Below, piece after piece: positions 18,676 to 29,227 of a stretch of 64,000 nucleotides of DNA. The stretch is from Candidatus Rokuibacteriota bacterium (GTDB lineage: Bacteria > Methylomirabilota > Methylomirabilia > Rokubacteriales > CSP1-6), in NCBI GenBank assembly GCA_003221615.1, contig QHSQ01000140.1:15000-78999 (forward strand), read 5' to 3'. How positions within the stretch are numbered: the first letter of the stretch is position 1; every line of letters starts with the position of its first letter. The position numbers and the translations under genes are program-made. The notes below the pieces were generated by a model. The model was not told the origin of the DNA. It did not search any database and saw nothing but the letters and a program-made list of their open reading frames with translations.

Positions 18676-18765
18676 TATGCTCGAAATAGCATATGGTGCT
18701 CACACCGTAGGCTAATTCGAGCAATCGCCCTCGAAACGATAGACTCTGGTTCCACAGGAGAGCCC

Positions 18766-19629
18766 ATGAGTCTAGAGCCCGATCTGGAAGTACCGCGAGG
18801 CGTTCCCGCTGTTCGTCATAGGGTTGTAAAAGTCCGCGATCACGTCGCCTCGGAATGTCAGGACCATCTCGCCGTCGAAGAACCCCTCGAAATCCGTCTC
18901 GGCGGCCTCAGCCTGAGTGTCACCATGCGTACGCCCGGCGAGGACGAGGAGCTCGTCGCGGGCTTCCTCTTCTCGGAAGGCGTCATCGCGGGGGCCGACG
19001 ATCTCGACGTCCTCGCTCGGTACCGCGGTCCGGACGGAGATCCCGAGGACGGCAACGTGATGAACGTGCTGTTGAAGGGCGACCCACGGGTCGCGAAGGA
19101 GCGTCTGCGTCGCAACTTCGTGGCGTCCTCGTCCTGCGGCCTCTGCGGACGGGCCACCATCGACGCGATCCGAGCCTCGCTGCCGGCCGTGCAGTCCGAC
19201 CTCGTGATCTCCGTCGATCGTCTCAACTGTCTCGGCGCGGCGATGCATGACGCGCAGGCGACGTTCGAGAAGACCGGCGGGCTGCACGCCGCCGGGCTCT
19301 TCGACGCCGACGGCCGGTTGATCGTGCTCCGTGAAGACATCGGTCGTCACAACGCCGTCGACAAAGTCATCGGCCACATGGTGCTGTCCCGCGGCGTGCC
19401 GCTCGACCGGCACGTGCTCATGGTCAGCGGGCGCGTGAGCTTCGAGATCATGCAGAAAGCCTTGACCGCCAGGATCCCGGTGATCGCCGCGGTCTCGGCG
19501 CCGTCCAGCATGGCGGTCCAGATGGCGCTCGCCGCCGACATGACCCTCATCGGGTTCATGCGGAACGGCGGATTCAACCTGTACGCGGGCGCCCATCGTC
19601 TGGCGCCGAGCGCCGCGGAGCTGGTGTGA
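18766..19629 (+). CDS. fdhD: formate dehydrogenase accessory sulfurtransferase FdhD
   Basis: TMRTPG, SSCGLCG, TGGLHAA, EDIGRHNAVDK, SAPSS. Confidence 0.95.
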   Translation: MSLEPDLEVPRGVPAVRHRVVKVRDHVASECQDHLAVEEPLEIRLGGLSLSVTMRTPGEDEELVAGFLFSEGVIAGADDLDVLARYRGPDGDPEDGNVMNVLLKGDPRVAKERLRRNFVASSSCGLCGRATIDAIRASLPAVQSDLVISVDRLNCLGAAMHDAQATFEKTGGLHAAGLFDADGRLIVLREDIGRHNAVDKVIGHMVLSRGVPLDRHVLMVSGRVSFEIMQKALTARIPVIAAVSAPSSMAVQMALAADMTLIGFMRNGGFNLYAGAHRLAPSAAELV

Positions 19630-19720
19630 TTGGCCATGCGAAGCTCTCAGTACGACTCCTGGCTTCGGTGATTGATCGGCGATACCAACGCCGTTCTCGC
19701 TTCGTAGGAGGAACGTGACC

Positions 19721-22700
19721 ATGCCCCAGATGACACGAAGGGATTTCGTCAAGCTCGGCGCGGTCAGTGCGGGCGCGCTGGGCACCACGCCCCTCGGCTT
19801 CGACCTCGCCGAGGCGGTCCAAGTCCAGCAGAACCTCCGGATCGACGGGGCGAAGGAAGTGCACTCGCTGTGTCCGTACTGCGCCGTCGGGTGCTCGATC
19901 ATCGCCTTCACCAAGGAAGATGCCAAGGGCCACGCGAAGCTCCTCCAGATCGAGGGCGATCCCGACAGCCCGGTCAACGAGGGCCGACTCTGCCCGAAGG
20001 GTGCCACGGCGATGCAGCTGGCGATCAGCAGCCGGCGCGTGTCCAAGCCCCTCTACCGCGCCCCGGGAAGCGACAAGTGGCAGGAGATCTCCTGGGACGA
20101 GATGCTCGACAAGCTCGCGCAGCGCATCAAGGAGTCGCGCGACGCTACGTTTGTCGCGAAGGACGCCAAGGGCAACACGGTCAATCGTACCGAAGGCATC
20201 GCGTTCGCGGGCGGCGCCACCTTCAGCAGCGAGGAAGGTTATCTGGCCGCCAAGCTCATGCGCACCCTGGGGGTGGTGCACATAGAACAGCAGGCCCGAG
20301 TCTGACACGGCCCCACGGTCGTCAGTCTGGCGGCCACATTCGGTAGGGGCGCGATGACGAATCACTGGCGTGACATTCAGCACGCCGACGTGATCATCAT
20401 CAACGGGGCGAATCCGGCCGAGGCTCATCCGGTCGGGTTCCAGTGGTTCCTGAAGGCGAAGCTCGATCCGCGGCGCGGGATCGGCCGCGGCGGCGGCGCC
20501 AAGATGATCCACATCGACCCGCGGTTCACCCGGACCTCGGCCGTGTCCGACGTGTATGCCCGGATCCGGACCGGCACGGACACCGCCTTCTTCGGCGGCC
20601 TGATCAACTACGTCCTCGAGAAGAACCTGATCCATCACGAGTACGTGAAGAACTACACGAATGCGTCCTTCATCGTGAAGCAGGGGTTCGGCTTCAGCGA
20701 GGGCCTGTTCAGCGGCTACGATCCGGTCAAACGCATCTACGACACCTCGACGTGGGGCTACGAGGGCGACGCGCCCGCCCAGGCGGCATTCGAGCGCGCC
20801 CAGAAGGAGATCATCGCCGGCGGTCAGGGCCCGGCCGGCGCGGGCGCCGGGGTGGCGCTCGCCAAGCGCGACATGCAGCTCGAGCACCCTCGTTCGGTGT
20901 TCCAATTACTCAAGGCGCACTATTCGCGCTACACACCCGAGATGGTCGCCTCGATCACGGGGATACCCGCGGATCAATTCCTGGAGATCGCCAAGATCGT
21001 CGGCGAGACCGGGCGTCCCGACAAGGTGATGACGGTCGTCTACGCAGTCGGGCTCACGCACCACACCACCGGCGGCCAGCTCATCCGCACGGCGGCCCTG
21101 CTCCAGCTGCTGCTCGGCAACATGGGGCGGCCGGGCGGCGGCATGAACGCCGAGCGCGGCCACGCCAACATCCAGGGCAATACCGACAACGCGATCTCGT
21201 GGGAAATCTTGCCCGGCTACCTGCGCATTCCGGCGCCGGGCCAGAAGAACCTGGACGACTACGTCACCCAGAGCGCGCCCAAGAAGTTCGACGCGAATTC
21301 CTGGAACTTCTTCGGCACGAACTACCGGAAGTTCATGGTCAGCCTGCTCAAGACCTGGTACGGCGACAACGCGACGGACAAGAACGAGTACGCGTTCGAC
21401 TTCATCCCGAAGCCGGCCACCAACTCGTCGTGGATCTCGATCTACGACCAGGCGCTCAAGAAGAAGATGGAAGGCGTCATCCTGTCGGGCATGACGGCGA
21501 CCAGTATCGGCCCCGACGCGAACCAGGTGATGACGGCGCTCGGCAACCTCAAGTGGCTGGCGGTGATGGACCCGCTGCCGACGACCAGCTCGGAGTTCTG
21601 GCGGCGGCCGGGCGCGGATCCCAAGACGATCCAGACCGAAGTGTTCATGATCCCGAGCACGCACTGGATCGAGAAGGACGGCTCGTTCGTGAACAGCGGC
21701 CGCTGGATGCAGTGGAAAGAAGCGGCCCTCGCCCCCGAGGGCGCGCGTCACGACCACTGGGTCCTGGCCGACGTGTTCGCGCGTGTGAAAAAGCTCTACG
21801 CGCAGCAGGGCGGTAAGCTCCCCGATCCGCTGATGGCCGTGACGATGAACTACAAGGATCCGCTCAAACCGGAGCTGGACGAGATCGGCCAGGAGATCAA
21901 TGGCTTCGATCTGACAACCGGCAAGCGGATGGCGACCTTCGGCGCGCTCAAGGACGACGGGACGACCACCGCGGGCAACTGGATCTACACCGGCTCGTAT
22001 CCCGAAGCCGGCAATCTCTCGAAGCGGCGCGCGGGCGTCCAGGATCCCAAGAAGAACGATCCCACCGGCATGGGCTACTACCACGGTTGGGCATGGAGCT
22101 GGCCGCTCAACCGCCGCGTCATGTACAACCGCGCCTCCGCGGACCTCAACGGCAAGCCGTGGGACCCGTCGCGTCCGGGTATCGAGTGGGATCCGACGGA
22201 GAAGAAATGGAAGGGGGACGTGCCAGACTATCCGCCCACGATGGATCCGAAAGATCCGAAGAGGTGGGGGCCGTTCATCATGAACGGCGAGGGCGTCGGA
22301 CGGCTCTTCTCGAGCTCGATGCTCGACGGGCCGTTCCCTGAGCATTACGAGCCGGTCGAGTCGCCGGTGGAGAACCCGCTGCATCCCAAGCAGTCGGAGT
22401 CACCGGTCGTGTTCTTGTACGACAAGCAGGGTGGTCGCGAGAACCGCTTTGGAACGGTCAAGGACTATCCATACATCGCGACCAGCTACAGGCTGACGGA
22501 GCACGAGCACTACGTCACGCAGCACGTGCCGGCCCTGGTCGGGCTGCAGCCGAGCCCCTTCGTCGAGATCCCGGAAGAGGTCGCGAAGGAAAAGGGCATC
22601 CAGAACGGCGATCGCGTTCGCGTCACCTCCAAGCGCGGCAAGCTCGAGGTGCTGGCGGTCGTGACCAAGCGCCTGGGCGGTCTCGAGGTCAATGGCAAGC

Positions 22701-22873
22701 GGGTCTATCACATCGGGATCCCGATCCACTGGGGCTTCGTCGGCATCGCCGCCGACCGGGACCCGACCAAGGGCGCCAACTGGCTCGCCAACGCGCTGAC
22801 GCCGTTCGTGGGCGACGCCAACTCGCGGACGCCGGAGTTCAAGGCGTTCCTGGTGAACATCGAGAAGATTTGA
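19721..22873 (+). CDS. fdnG: selenocysteine-containing formate dehydrogenase-N alpha subunit (Tat-exported, Mo/W-bisPGD)
   Basis: Tat motif TRRDFVK, CPYCAVGC...LCPKG Fe-S site; the two ORFs join in frame across TGA 20303-20305 as QARV-U-HGPTV...FGRGAMTNHW; RGHANIQG; ends TPEFKAFLVNIEK. Confidence 0.95.
20317..20335 (+). promoter_or_regulatory. bacterial SECIS hairpin
   Basis: GGTCGTCA-GTC-TGGCGGCC stem-loop with GU in the apical loop, starting 11 nt after the UGA as in E. coli fdh SECIS elements. Confidence 0.8.
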
Positions 22874-23679
22874 TGGACGGACTCTCCGTCGAATCGATGA
22901 CGACCGAGACCTGGGCCCGGCGCCGGCGCCGGGCCCGGCAGCTCGCCGAGCGCCATACGTTCGCCGGAGAGCTGCTGCGCCTCTACGAGGCGCTGCTCGA
23001 CGTGCAGGAGCCCGCGTTCTTGAAAGCCCGCGACGAGAGACCCGAGCCCGGGCGCCTGGCCGCCTACGCGGCTGGCCGAATCATGGGTGAGGTCGCCGAA
23101 GCGACGATCACGGCCGGACCTCCGCCGCTGGCGGCCGCCGTACGCGACCGCCTTCGCGACGCCGAGCCCGCCGAGTTCGTCAGTCGCTGGCTGGCGGGCG
23201 AGCGACAGGACGCGGTCGACGAATATCTGGCGCGGGCCGCCGCCGGGCCCGTGCTCGAAGCGCTGGGGCCGGCTGCCGGCGACGCGTGCTCGCGCGGACT
23301 CGCCGAAGGCGGCTGTCCCCGCTGCGGCGGCTTGCCGCAGCTCTCGTACTTGACCGACGCCGGCGAGACGCTCGTGAGCGGGCCGCGAATGCTGCTGTGC
23401 TGCCGCTGCGGCGAGAGCTGGATCCATCAGCGCATGACCTGCGCCGGTTGCGGCGAGCACGCCACGAGCAAGCTCCCGATCTTCGCCGACGCCGAGCGCT
23501 TTCCGCATCTGCGGGCCGACGCCTGCGAGCAGTGCCGGCGATACCTGATCACGATCGATCTTCGCAAGGAGCCCGAGGCCGTGCCGGTCGTCGACGAGCT
23601 CGTCGCGCTCCCGCTCGACCTCTACGTCAAGGAGCGCGGCTTCACGAAGATCGTGCCCAATCTGATGGCGATCGGATAG
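22873..23679 (+). CDS. fdhE: formate dehydrogenase accessory protein FdhE
   Basis: CPRCG, CCRCGESW...RMTCAGCG, DACEQCRRY, VDELVALPLD; TGATG overlap with fdnG. Confidence 0.9.
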   Translation: MDGLSVESMTTETWARRRRRARQLAERHTFAGELLRLYEALLDVQEPAFLKARDERPEPGRLAAYAAGRIMGEVAEATITAGPPPLAAAVRDRLRDAEPAEFVSRWLAGERQDAVDEYLARAAAGPVLEALGPAAGDACSRGLAEGGCPRCGGLPQLSYLTDAGETLVSGPRMLLCCRCGESWIHQRMTCAGCGEHATSKLPIFADAERFPHLRADACEQCRRYLITIDLRKEPEAVPVVDELVALPLDLYVKERGFTKIVPNLMAIG

Positions 23680-23689
23680 GAGAACCACC

Positions 23690-24454
23690 ATGGCGCGAAC
23701 GGTCGGCTTCTTCACCGACACGACGCTCTGCATCGGCTGCAAGGCCTGCGAGGTGGCGTGCAAGGAGTGGAACCAGCTCCCGGGGCACGCGCCCGCGTTC
23801 GGCGACGGCTACGACAATACCGGCCAGCTCGACGAGCAGAACTGGCGCCACGTCCAGTTCCACGAGCGCACCACCGCCAAGGGCGGCGTCGCCTGGAACA
23901 TGATGAGCGACGTTTGCAAACACTGCGCGATGGCGAGCTGCATGGAAGTCTGTCCGACCAACGCGATCATCCGGACGGAGTTCGACACCGTCTACATCCA
24001 GCCGAGCGTGTGCAACGGCTGCCGCGACTGCATCGCGGCCTGCCCGTACCACGTGATCGGCTTCGACGAGGCGAGTGGTCTGGCCCGCAAGTGCACGTTC
24101 TGCTACGACCGCCTGCAGGCCAACCTGATGCCCGCCTGCGCCAAGGCGTGCCCGACCGAGTCGATCAAGTTCGGCGACCTGGACACGATGCGCCAGGTCG
24201 CCGGCGCGCGGCTGAACCAGTTGCGCGGGCAGGGGATGTCGGAGGCGCGCCTGTACGGCGACAAAGAGTACGGCGGTCTGCACGCCCTGTTCCTCCTGAC
24301 CGACAAGCCCGAGGTCTACGGGCTGCCCAACACCGAGAACGCGGTGCTGCCGAGCCGCAACAACGTGCGCAGCTATCTCGGCTCGCTGGTCACGGCCGCC
24401 CTCGGCATCGTCGGCGCGGTCTTCGCGTTCCGCGAGCGCGGCGGGAAGGAGTAG
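23690..24454 (+). CDS. fdnH: formate dehydrogenase iron-sulfur beta subunit
   Basis: DTTLCIGCKACEVACKEWN, four ferredoxin Cys clusters, C-terminal TM helix. Confidence 0.92.
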   Translation: MARTVGFFTDTTLCIGCKACEVACKEWNQLPGHAPAFGDGYDNTGQLDEQNWRHVQFHERTTAKGGVAWNMMSDVCKHCAMASCMEVCPTNAIIRTEFDTVYIQPSVCNGCRDCIAACPYHVIGFDEASGLARKCTFCYDRLQANLMPACAKACPTESIKFGDLDTMRQVAGARLNQLRGQGMSEARLYGDKEYGGLHALFLLTDKPEVYGLPNTENAVLPSRNNVRSYLGSLVTAALGIVGAVFAFRERGGKE

Positions 24455-24458
24455 CGTC

Positions 24459-25322
24459 ATGCCCCAGCACTTCGTCGCGCCGCCGCAGTGGGAGTGGTAC
24501 ATCGTCTGGTATTTCTTCCTCGGCGGCATCGCGGGCGGCGCCTACGCGCTCGGCGCGATTCTCAGGCTGATGGGCGACCAGCGCGACGCGCCGGTCTCAC
24601 GGCTGGCCTTCTTGCTGACCTTGCCGGTCCTGGCCATCTGCCCGATCCTCCTCACGCTCGACCTCGGGCGGCCGCTGAGGTTCTGGCACATGCTGATCGA
24701 CAGCCGCACCTTCGGCCTCAACTTCAAGTACTGGTCGCCGATGTCCGTCGGCGCCTGGGTGCTGATCATCTTCAGCCTGTTCGCGTTCGTGTCCTTCCTG
24801 GAAGCGCTGGGCAGCCTGCGCGGCTCGCGTGCGCCGTTCCTGAGCGGCGGCCTGGGCCGCGTGTTCATGATCATCGGCGCCTTCTTCGGGCTCTTCCTGG
24901 CCGGGTATACCGGCGTGCTACTGAGCGTGAGTAACCAGCCTGTGTGGAGCGACACGTGGGCGCTCGGCGGGCTGTTCCTCGCCTCGGGTCTCAGTGTGGC
25001 TGCGGCGGCGCTGACGCTGATGACGCGGCTCGGCCGCCACGACGCGAGCGCCGAGGCCAAGCTCTCGCGGGCGGATCGCTACTTCACGATTCTCGAGCTC
25101 GTCCTGCTCGTCGTCTTCTTCTTGAGCCTCGGCGCGGTGGGGTCACAGTTCCTCCAGCCACGGTGGATGGCGCTCTGGGTGGTCGTGCTGGTCGGCACGC
25201 TCGTGCCGCTCGCGCTCCATCTCTCGACCGAGCGCCGGATGCCGGCCATGCTCGCGGCGGTCCTGACCCTGGTGGGCGGGCTGGCCCTTCGGATCGTGGT
25301 GGTGTTCGGCGCTCAGATGTAG
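24459..25322 (+). CDS. nrfD: NrfD/PsrC-family membrane anchor
   Basis: WYFFLGGIAGG, DLGRPLRFWHM, WSPMSVGAW, YTGVLL. Confidence 0.88.
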   Translation: MPQHFVAPPQWEWYIVWYFFLGGIAGGAYALGAILRLMGDQRDAPVSRLAFLLTLPVLAICPILLTLDLGRPLRFWHMLIDSRTFGLNFKYWSPMSVGAWVLIIFSLFAFVSFLEALGSLRGSRAPFLSGGLGRVFMIIGAFFGLFLAGYTGVLLSVSNQPVWSDTWALGGLFLASGLSVAAAALTLMTRLGRHDASAEAKLSRADRYFTILELVLLVVFFLSLGAVGSQFLQPRWMALWVVVLVGTLVPLALHLSTERRMPAMLAAVLTLVGGLALRIVVVFGAQM

Positions 25323-25355
25323 GGTGCGCGCCGGCGCCCTGCCTCAGGCGTTTTC

Positions 25356-26021
25356 ATGCTGAAGATCGGAGTGCGGCTGCCCCGGCAGTTCGAGGATTCC
25401 GGCGACTACCTCGCCGATGCCCGCGCCATGGAATCGGCGGGCGCCGATTCGCTGTGGCTCGATGACGAGGGCTACGATCCGTGGCTCCTGCTCGCGGGCA
25501 TGGCGACCGTCACCAGCCGGATCCGGCTGATCGTTCCGATCTCGAGCGCCGAACGGCGCGACCCGGAACATCTCGGCGTCCGCGTGGCGACCCTGAGCCG
25601 GCTCTCGCGCGGGCGCACCGCGCTGGCCGTCACCGGCATCGCCGAGAGCACGACCGGTGTCGATGCGGTCCTCGAGCTTGCGAGGCGCTTTCAGTGCTGC
25701 GTGATCCTCGAGGCGGCGGGCGATCGTCGGGCGGGGCTCGCCGACGGCCTGGTCGGCTTCGACGAGTCGCCGGCGCGGTTCCGCGCCGCCGTCGAGCCCG
25801 TCGCCCGGTTCCGTGAGCGCGAGAAGCTCACGAGTCCCTTCGAGCTCTGGGCCGCGATCAAGACACCGGACGACCGCGAGGCCTGGCGCAGGCTACGGCG
25901 CGAGTACGAAGACGCGGGCGCCACGGGCATCATCGTGCCCCTGGATCCTCGGCTGCTCGATCTCCTCCGCAACGGCGACGAAGAAGAAGATCGGTCCGAT
26001 CTCGGCCTGGCTCAGGGCTGA
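25356..26021 (+). CDS. short LLM/luciferase-like fold protein
   Basis: LLM-like N-terminus (ADSLW, DPWLLLAGMATVTSRIRL, LSRGR); only 221 aa. Confidence 0.65.
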   Translation: MLKIGVRLPRQFEDSGDYLADARAMESAGADSLWLDDEGYDPWLLLAGMATVTSRIRLIVPISSAERRDPEHLGVRVATLSRLSRGRTALAVTGIAESTTGVDAVLELARRFQCCVILEAAGDRRAGLADGLVGFDESPARFRAAVEPVARFREREKLTSPFELWAAIKTPDDREAWRRLRREYEDAGATGIIVPLDPRLLDLLRNGDEEEDRSDLGLAQG

Positions 26022-26045
26022 GCCCGTCCGGTTCGCGTCCGCCCC

Positions 26046-27201
26046 TCAGGCGCGTGCCAGGCTCCCGACGAGAGCGCTCATGTCGGTCGCATGGTCGAGC
26101 TCGGCGACCGCGCCGATGACGGCGGTCGCCTGCCGGGTGTCGAGAACCGATCACGTGGGCGGAAGCCGAGGAGAAGTTCAGGCGGTACACGGCGTCGGTT
26201 CTCGACACCCGGCAGGCGACCGCCGCGGTGAAGGGCAAGCTGTACTGTCCGCCGAGCACGTCCCGGGGCTCGCGGGCCGCGTGCCGCTCCTCCATGATGC
26301 GCGGCGCGCCACGGATCGCGATGCGCGTGATCGCGCCCGGGTCGAGCGGATGCTCGCGCTTGAGGTCCTGGATCGCCTGGACCACGGCCTGCTGCGTGAC
26401 GTGGGTCGCATACGACTTCAGGGACGGCGGCTCGATGGCCCACTCGCGACCCAGGCGCGACACGAGCTTCTCGAGGCGCGGCGGCGTCGAGAACGCGTTG
26501 AAGTAGCCGGAACGGCCCTCGAGGACCGTCGCCGGCCCGCGCACGCCCTGTCGTGCCAGCAGCGCGCTCTCCAGCCCGAGCTGGGCGGCCCGGCCGAGGT
26601 GCAGGCGCTTGGTGTCGCCGCCGCTCCACGCGAACTCCAGCAGGCCCGCGCTCGACGAGCCCGCAATGCCCAGCGCGTCGGTCAGCCGCGCCTCGTCGAA
26701 TCCATAGAGCTTGCCGACCGCGACGGCCGCGCCGAACGGCCCCTGCGTGCCCGGGTTGTGAAAGCCGCGCACCGTCTCGAGGCCGACGGCCGTACGCGCG
26801 ATTCGCGCCGAGACTTCGAAGCCGAGGGCCAGGGCGGTGAGGAAGGCGACGCCGTCGAAGCGCTCGCGCTCGGAGATCGCCAGCGCCGCCGGCAGCACGG
26901 TGCCGCTGGCATGCGAGCCCGTGAGCGGCTCGCACTCGAACGCGCCGACGAGCACGCCGTTGGCGAGCGCGGCACGCGAGACGTCCGTGCGCCAGCGATG
27001 ATGGAGGACCGACGCCTCGGCCGCGCCCCCGAGGGCTTTCGCCACCGCCACGATCCGCTGGGCCCACGGCTGCCGGGTGCCCACGAGCGCGGCGCCGAAC
27101 GTGTCGAGGACGGTGATCTTGAGGTTCTCGACCAGGCGCCGCGGCAGGTCGGTGAACGTGGTGTCCGCCACGAACCGGGCGAGCGTTCGAGTCTCGTTCA
27201 T
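26046..27201 (-). pseudogene. MmgE/PrpD family gene disrupted by internal deletion plus inverted duplication
   Basis: PrpD motifs (GFHNPGT, TKRLHLG, LEGRSG, QYSLPF) run to about 26215; the C-terminal SVLDTRQATA...LARA* is in another frame; perfect 30-bp IR 26121-26150/26195-26224. Confidence 0.82.
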
Positions 27202-27284
27202 ACGTCTCCGGCGCGAGTATACCGGGGTCGGCGGTGATGTTAAGCTCGCTCCTCGGTGCGCACAATCGAATCGGAAGGGGACCC

Positions 27285-28700
27285 ATGAGCCGCGAGCTCT
27301 GCTTCTCTACGGCGATCGAGCTGGCGCGTCGTATCCGCTCGCGCGAGGTGTCCGTCACCGAGGTCGTCCAGGCGCACCTGGCGCAGATCGAGCGGGTCAA
27401 CCCGAAGGTGAACGCGATCGTCACGCTCACCGCCGAACGGGCCCTGGCCGAGGCACGCGAGAAGGACGCGGCCCTCGCGCGGGGCGCCGCGGCGGGGCCC
27501 CTCTTCGGATTGCCCGTCGCGCACAAGGACCTGGTGCCCACCCGCGGGATCCGGACGACGTACGGCTCACGGATCTACCGCGACCACGTCCCCGACCAGG
27601 ACGCGCTGCTCGTCGAACGGCTGCGGGGGGCCGGCGCGATCACCTTCGGCAAGACCAACACGCCCGAGTTCGGCGCGGGCTCGCAGACATTCAACGAGGT
27701 CTTCGGCCGCACGCTGAATCCATACGATCTCGCGAAGACGTGCGGCGGCTCGAGCGGCGGCGCCGCCGTGGCGCTCGCCTGCGGGATGGTGCCGATCGCC
27801 GACGGCAGCGACACCGGCGGCTCGCTCCGGAATCCGGCGAGCTTCTGTAACGTGCTCGGTTTGCGCGGCGCGGTCGGCCGCGTCCCACCGTGGCCGACGG
27901 ACGCGCCGTGGGGAACCCTGCACGTGCCGGGCGCGATGGCGCGCACGGTGGCGGATCTGGCGCTGATGCTGAGCGTGATGGCCGGGCCCGACCGCCGCTC
28001 GCCGATCGCGATCGCCGAGCCGGGCGACCGCTTCCGCGGCGACCTCGGCCGTGACTTCAAGGGCGTGCGGATCGCGTGGAGCCGCGATCTCGGGGGATTG
28101 CCGGTGGACCGGCGCGTCACGAAGGTGCTGGACGGGCAGCGCGCCACCTTCGAAGCGCTCGGCTGCCACGTCGAGGACGGCGAGCCCGACTTCACCGACG
28201 CCCGGCACGTCTTCCAGGTACAGCGCGCGTTGAGCTTCGCGGCGCGCTACGGCCCGCTGCTCGCACAGCACCGCCACCAGATGAAGGACACGGTCATCTG
28301 GAACACCGAAGAGGGGCTGCAGCTCACGGCGCGCGAGATCGGCGAGGCCGAGGTGCAGCGCGCGCGACTCTACCACCGGGTGCGGGAGTTCATGGAGCGC
28401 CACGAGTTCCTGCTGATCCCGGCCGCGCAGGTGCCGCCGTTCGACGTCTCCCAGCCCTATGTGACCGAGATCAACGGCACGCGGCTTCCCACGTACATCG
28501 ATTGGATGCGCGTCTGCTCGGATATCACGGTGACGGGCCTGCCGGCCCTCTCGATTCCCGCGGGCTTCACGGACGACGGGCTACCGGTGGGACTGCAGAT
28601 CGTCGGACGGCACCAGGACGAATGGGGCGTGCTCCAGCTCGCTCACGCCTTCGAGCGGGCGACCGGATTCCATCGGCGCCGGCCGCCGGTCGCCGACTGA
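27285..28700 (+). CDS. amidase signature family protein
   Basis: GKTNTPEFG, GGSSGGAA, DGSDTGGSLRNPA, GLPVGLQ. Confidence 0.93.
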   Translation: MSRELCFSTAIELARRIRSREVSVTEVVQAHLAQIERVNPKVNAIVTLTAERALAEAREKDAALARGAAAGPLFGLPVAHKDLVPTRGIRTTYGSRIYRDHVPDQDALLVERLRGAGAITFGKTNTPEFGAGSQTFNEVFGRTLNPYDLAKTCGGSSGGAAVALACGMVPIADGSDTGGSLRNPASFCNVLGLRGAVGRVPPWPTDAPWGTLHVPGAMARTVADLALMLSVMAGPDRRSPIAIAEPGDRFRGDLGRDFKGVRIAWSRDLGGLPVDRRVTKVLDGQRATFEALGCHVEDGEPDFTDARHVFQVQRALSFAARYGPLLAQHRHQMKDTVIWNTEEGLQLTAREIGEAEVQRARLYHRVREFMERHEFLLIPAAQVPPFDVSQPYVTEINGTRLPTYIDWMRVCSDITVTGLPALSIPAGFTDDGLPVGLQIVGRHQDEWGVLQLAHAFERATGFHRRRPPVAD

Positions 28701-28773
28701 GTCGATCCGGCCGAAGGCCGGCGAAACACCGGGCCCGGCCGGTGTGCTGGTGGCCGAGCCCGGAGGCATCCGA

Positions 28774-29214
28774 TCAGCGTCGCGTCTCGCGCATGCCCGG
28801 ACTGCTGTCCAGCGTCTCACGAATGCGCCGACCCGTTTCGGTCGTGGCCGTCTGCAGACGGTCAGCCGCCTGCACGACGAGGCGCGCGCTGGTTCCCATG
28901 AGCGCGAACGCGCGCTGGGTGGACTCGAAAGTCTCCGCGAGGCCTCGCTGGTAGAGACGCAGCGGGTCCGTCAGCGCGTCGGTCCACGCCGGCTGCCACC
29001 GCAGCGCCGCCGCGTGCGAGTCGTGCACCGCCTCGAGCGCCGTGATCTGGAGCTCGGCCGCCAGCCTCGCGTTTTCCTTGGCGGCGATGATCGAGAGCTC
29101 CGTGAGCGAGCCGATCATCCGCTGGGCGACGCCGAGCGAGGCGGCAGCGGCCTCGCCATCCGGCATCGACTGTTCGAACAGTCGGGAAGTCCGTTCCTGG
29201 GTCGCGGTCTCCAC
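28774..29214 (-). CDS. helical hypothetical protein, phasin-like
   Basis: AAAGGAG RBS 7 nt before GTG; amphipathic Ala/Glu/Gln-rich helices; the phasin call is inference. Confidence 0.6.
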   Translation of the reverse strand: METATQERTSRLFEQSMPDGEAAAASLGVAQRMIGSLTELSIIAAKENARLAAELQITALEAVHDSHAAALRWQPAWTDALTDPLRLYQRGLAETFESTQRAFALMGTSARLVVQAADRLQTATTETGRRIRETLDSSPGMRETRR

Positions 29215-29227
29215 GAGTGGGCTCCTT

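Noticed and set aside
19715-22873. fdnG as two genes or a pseudogene
   Set aside because: The TGA is at the conserved Sec/Cys ligand position and is followed by a SECIS-like hairpin
26121-26224. MITE or terminator defined by the 30-bp inverted repeat
   Set aside because: Both arms and the spacer are coding sequence of the host gene; no target-site duplication
28700-28775. Possible ncRNA in the GC-rich hairpins after the amidase
   Set aside because: Short hairpins between convergent genes are adequately explained as termination or stability structures; no recognisable motif
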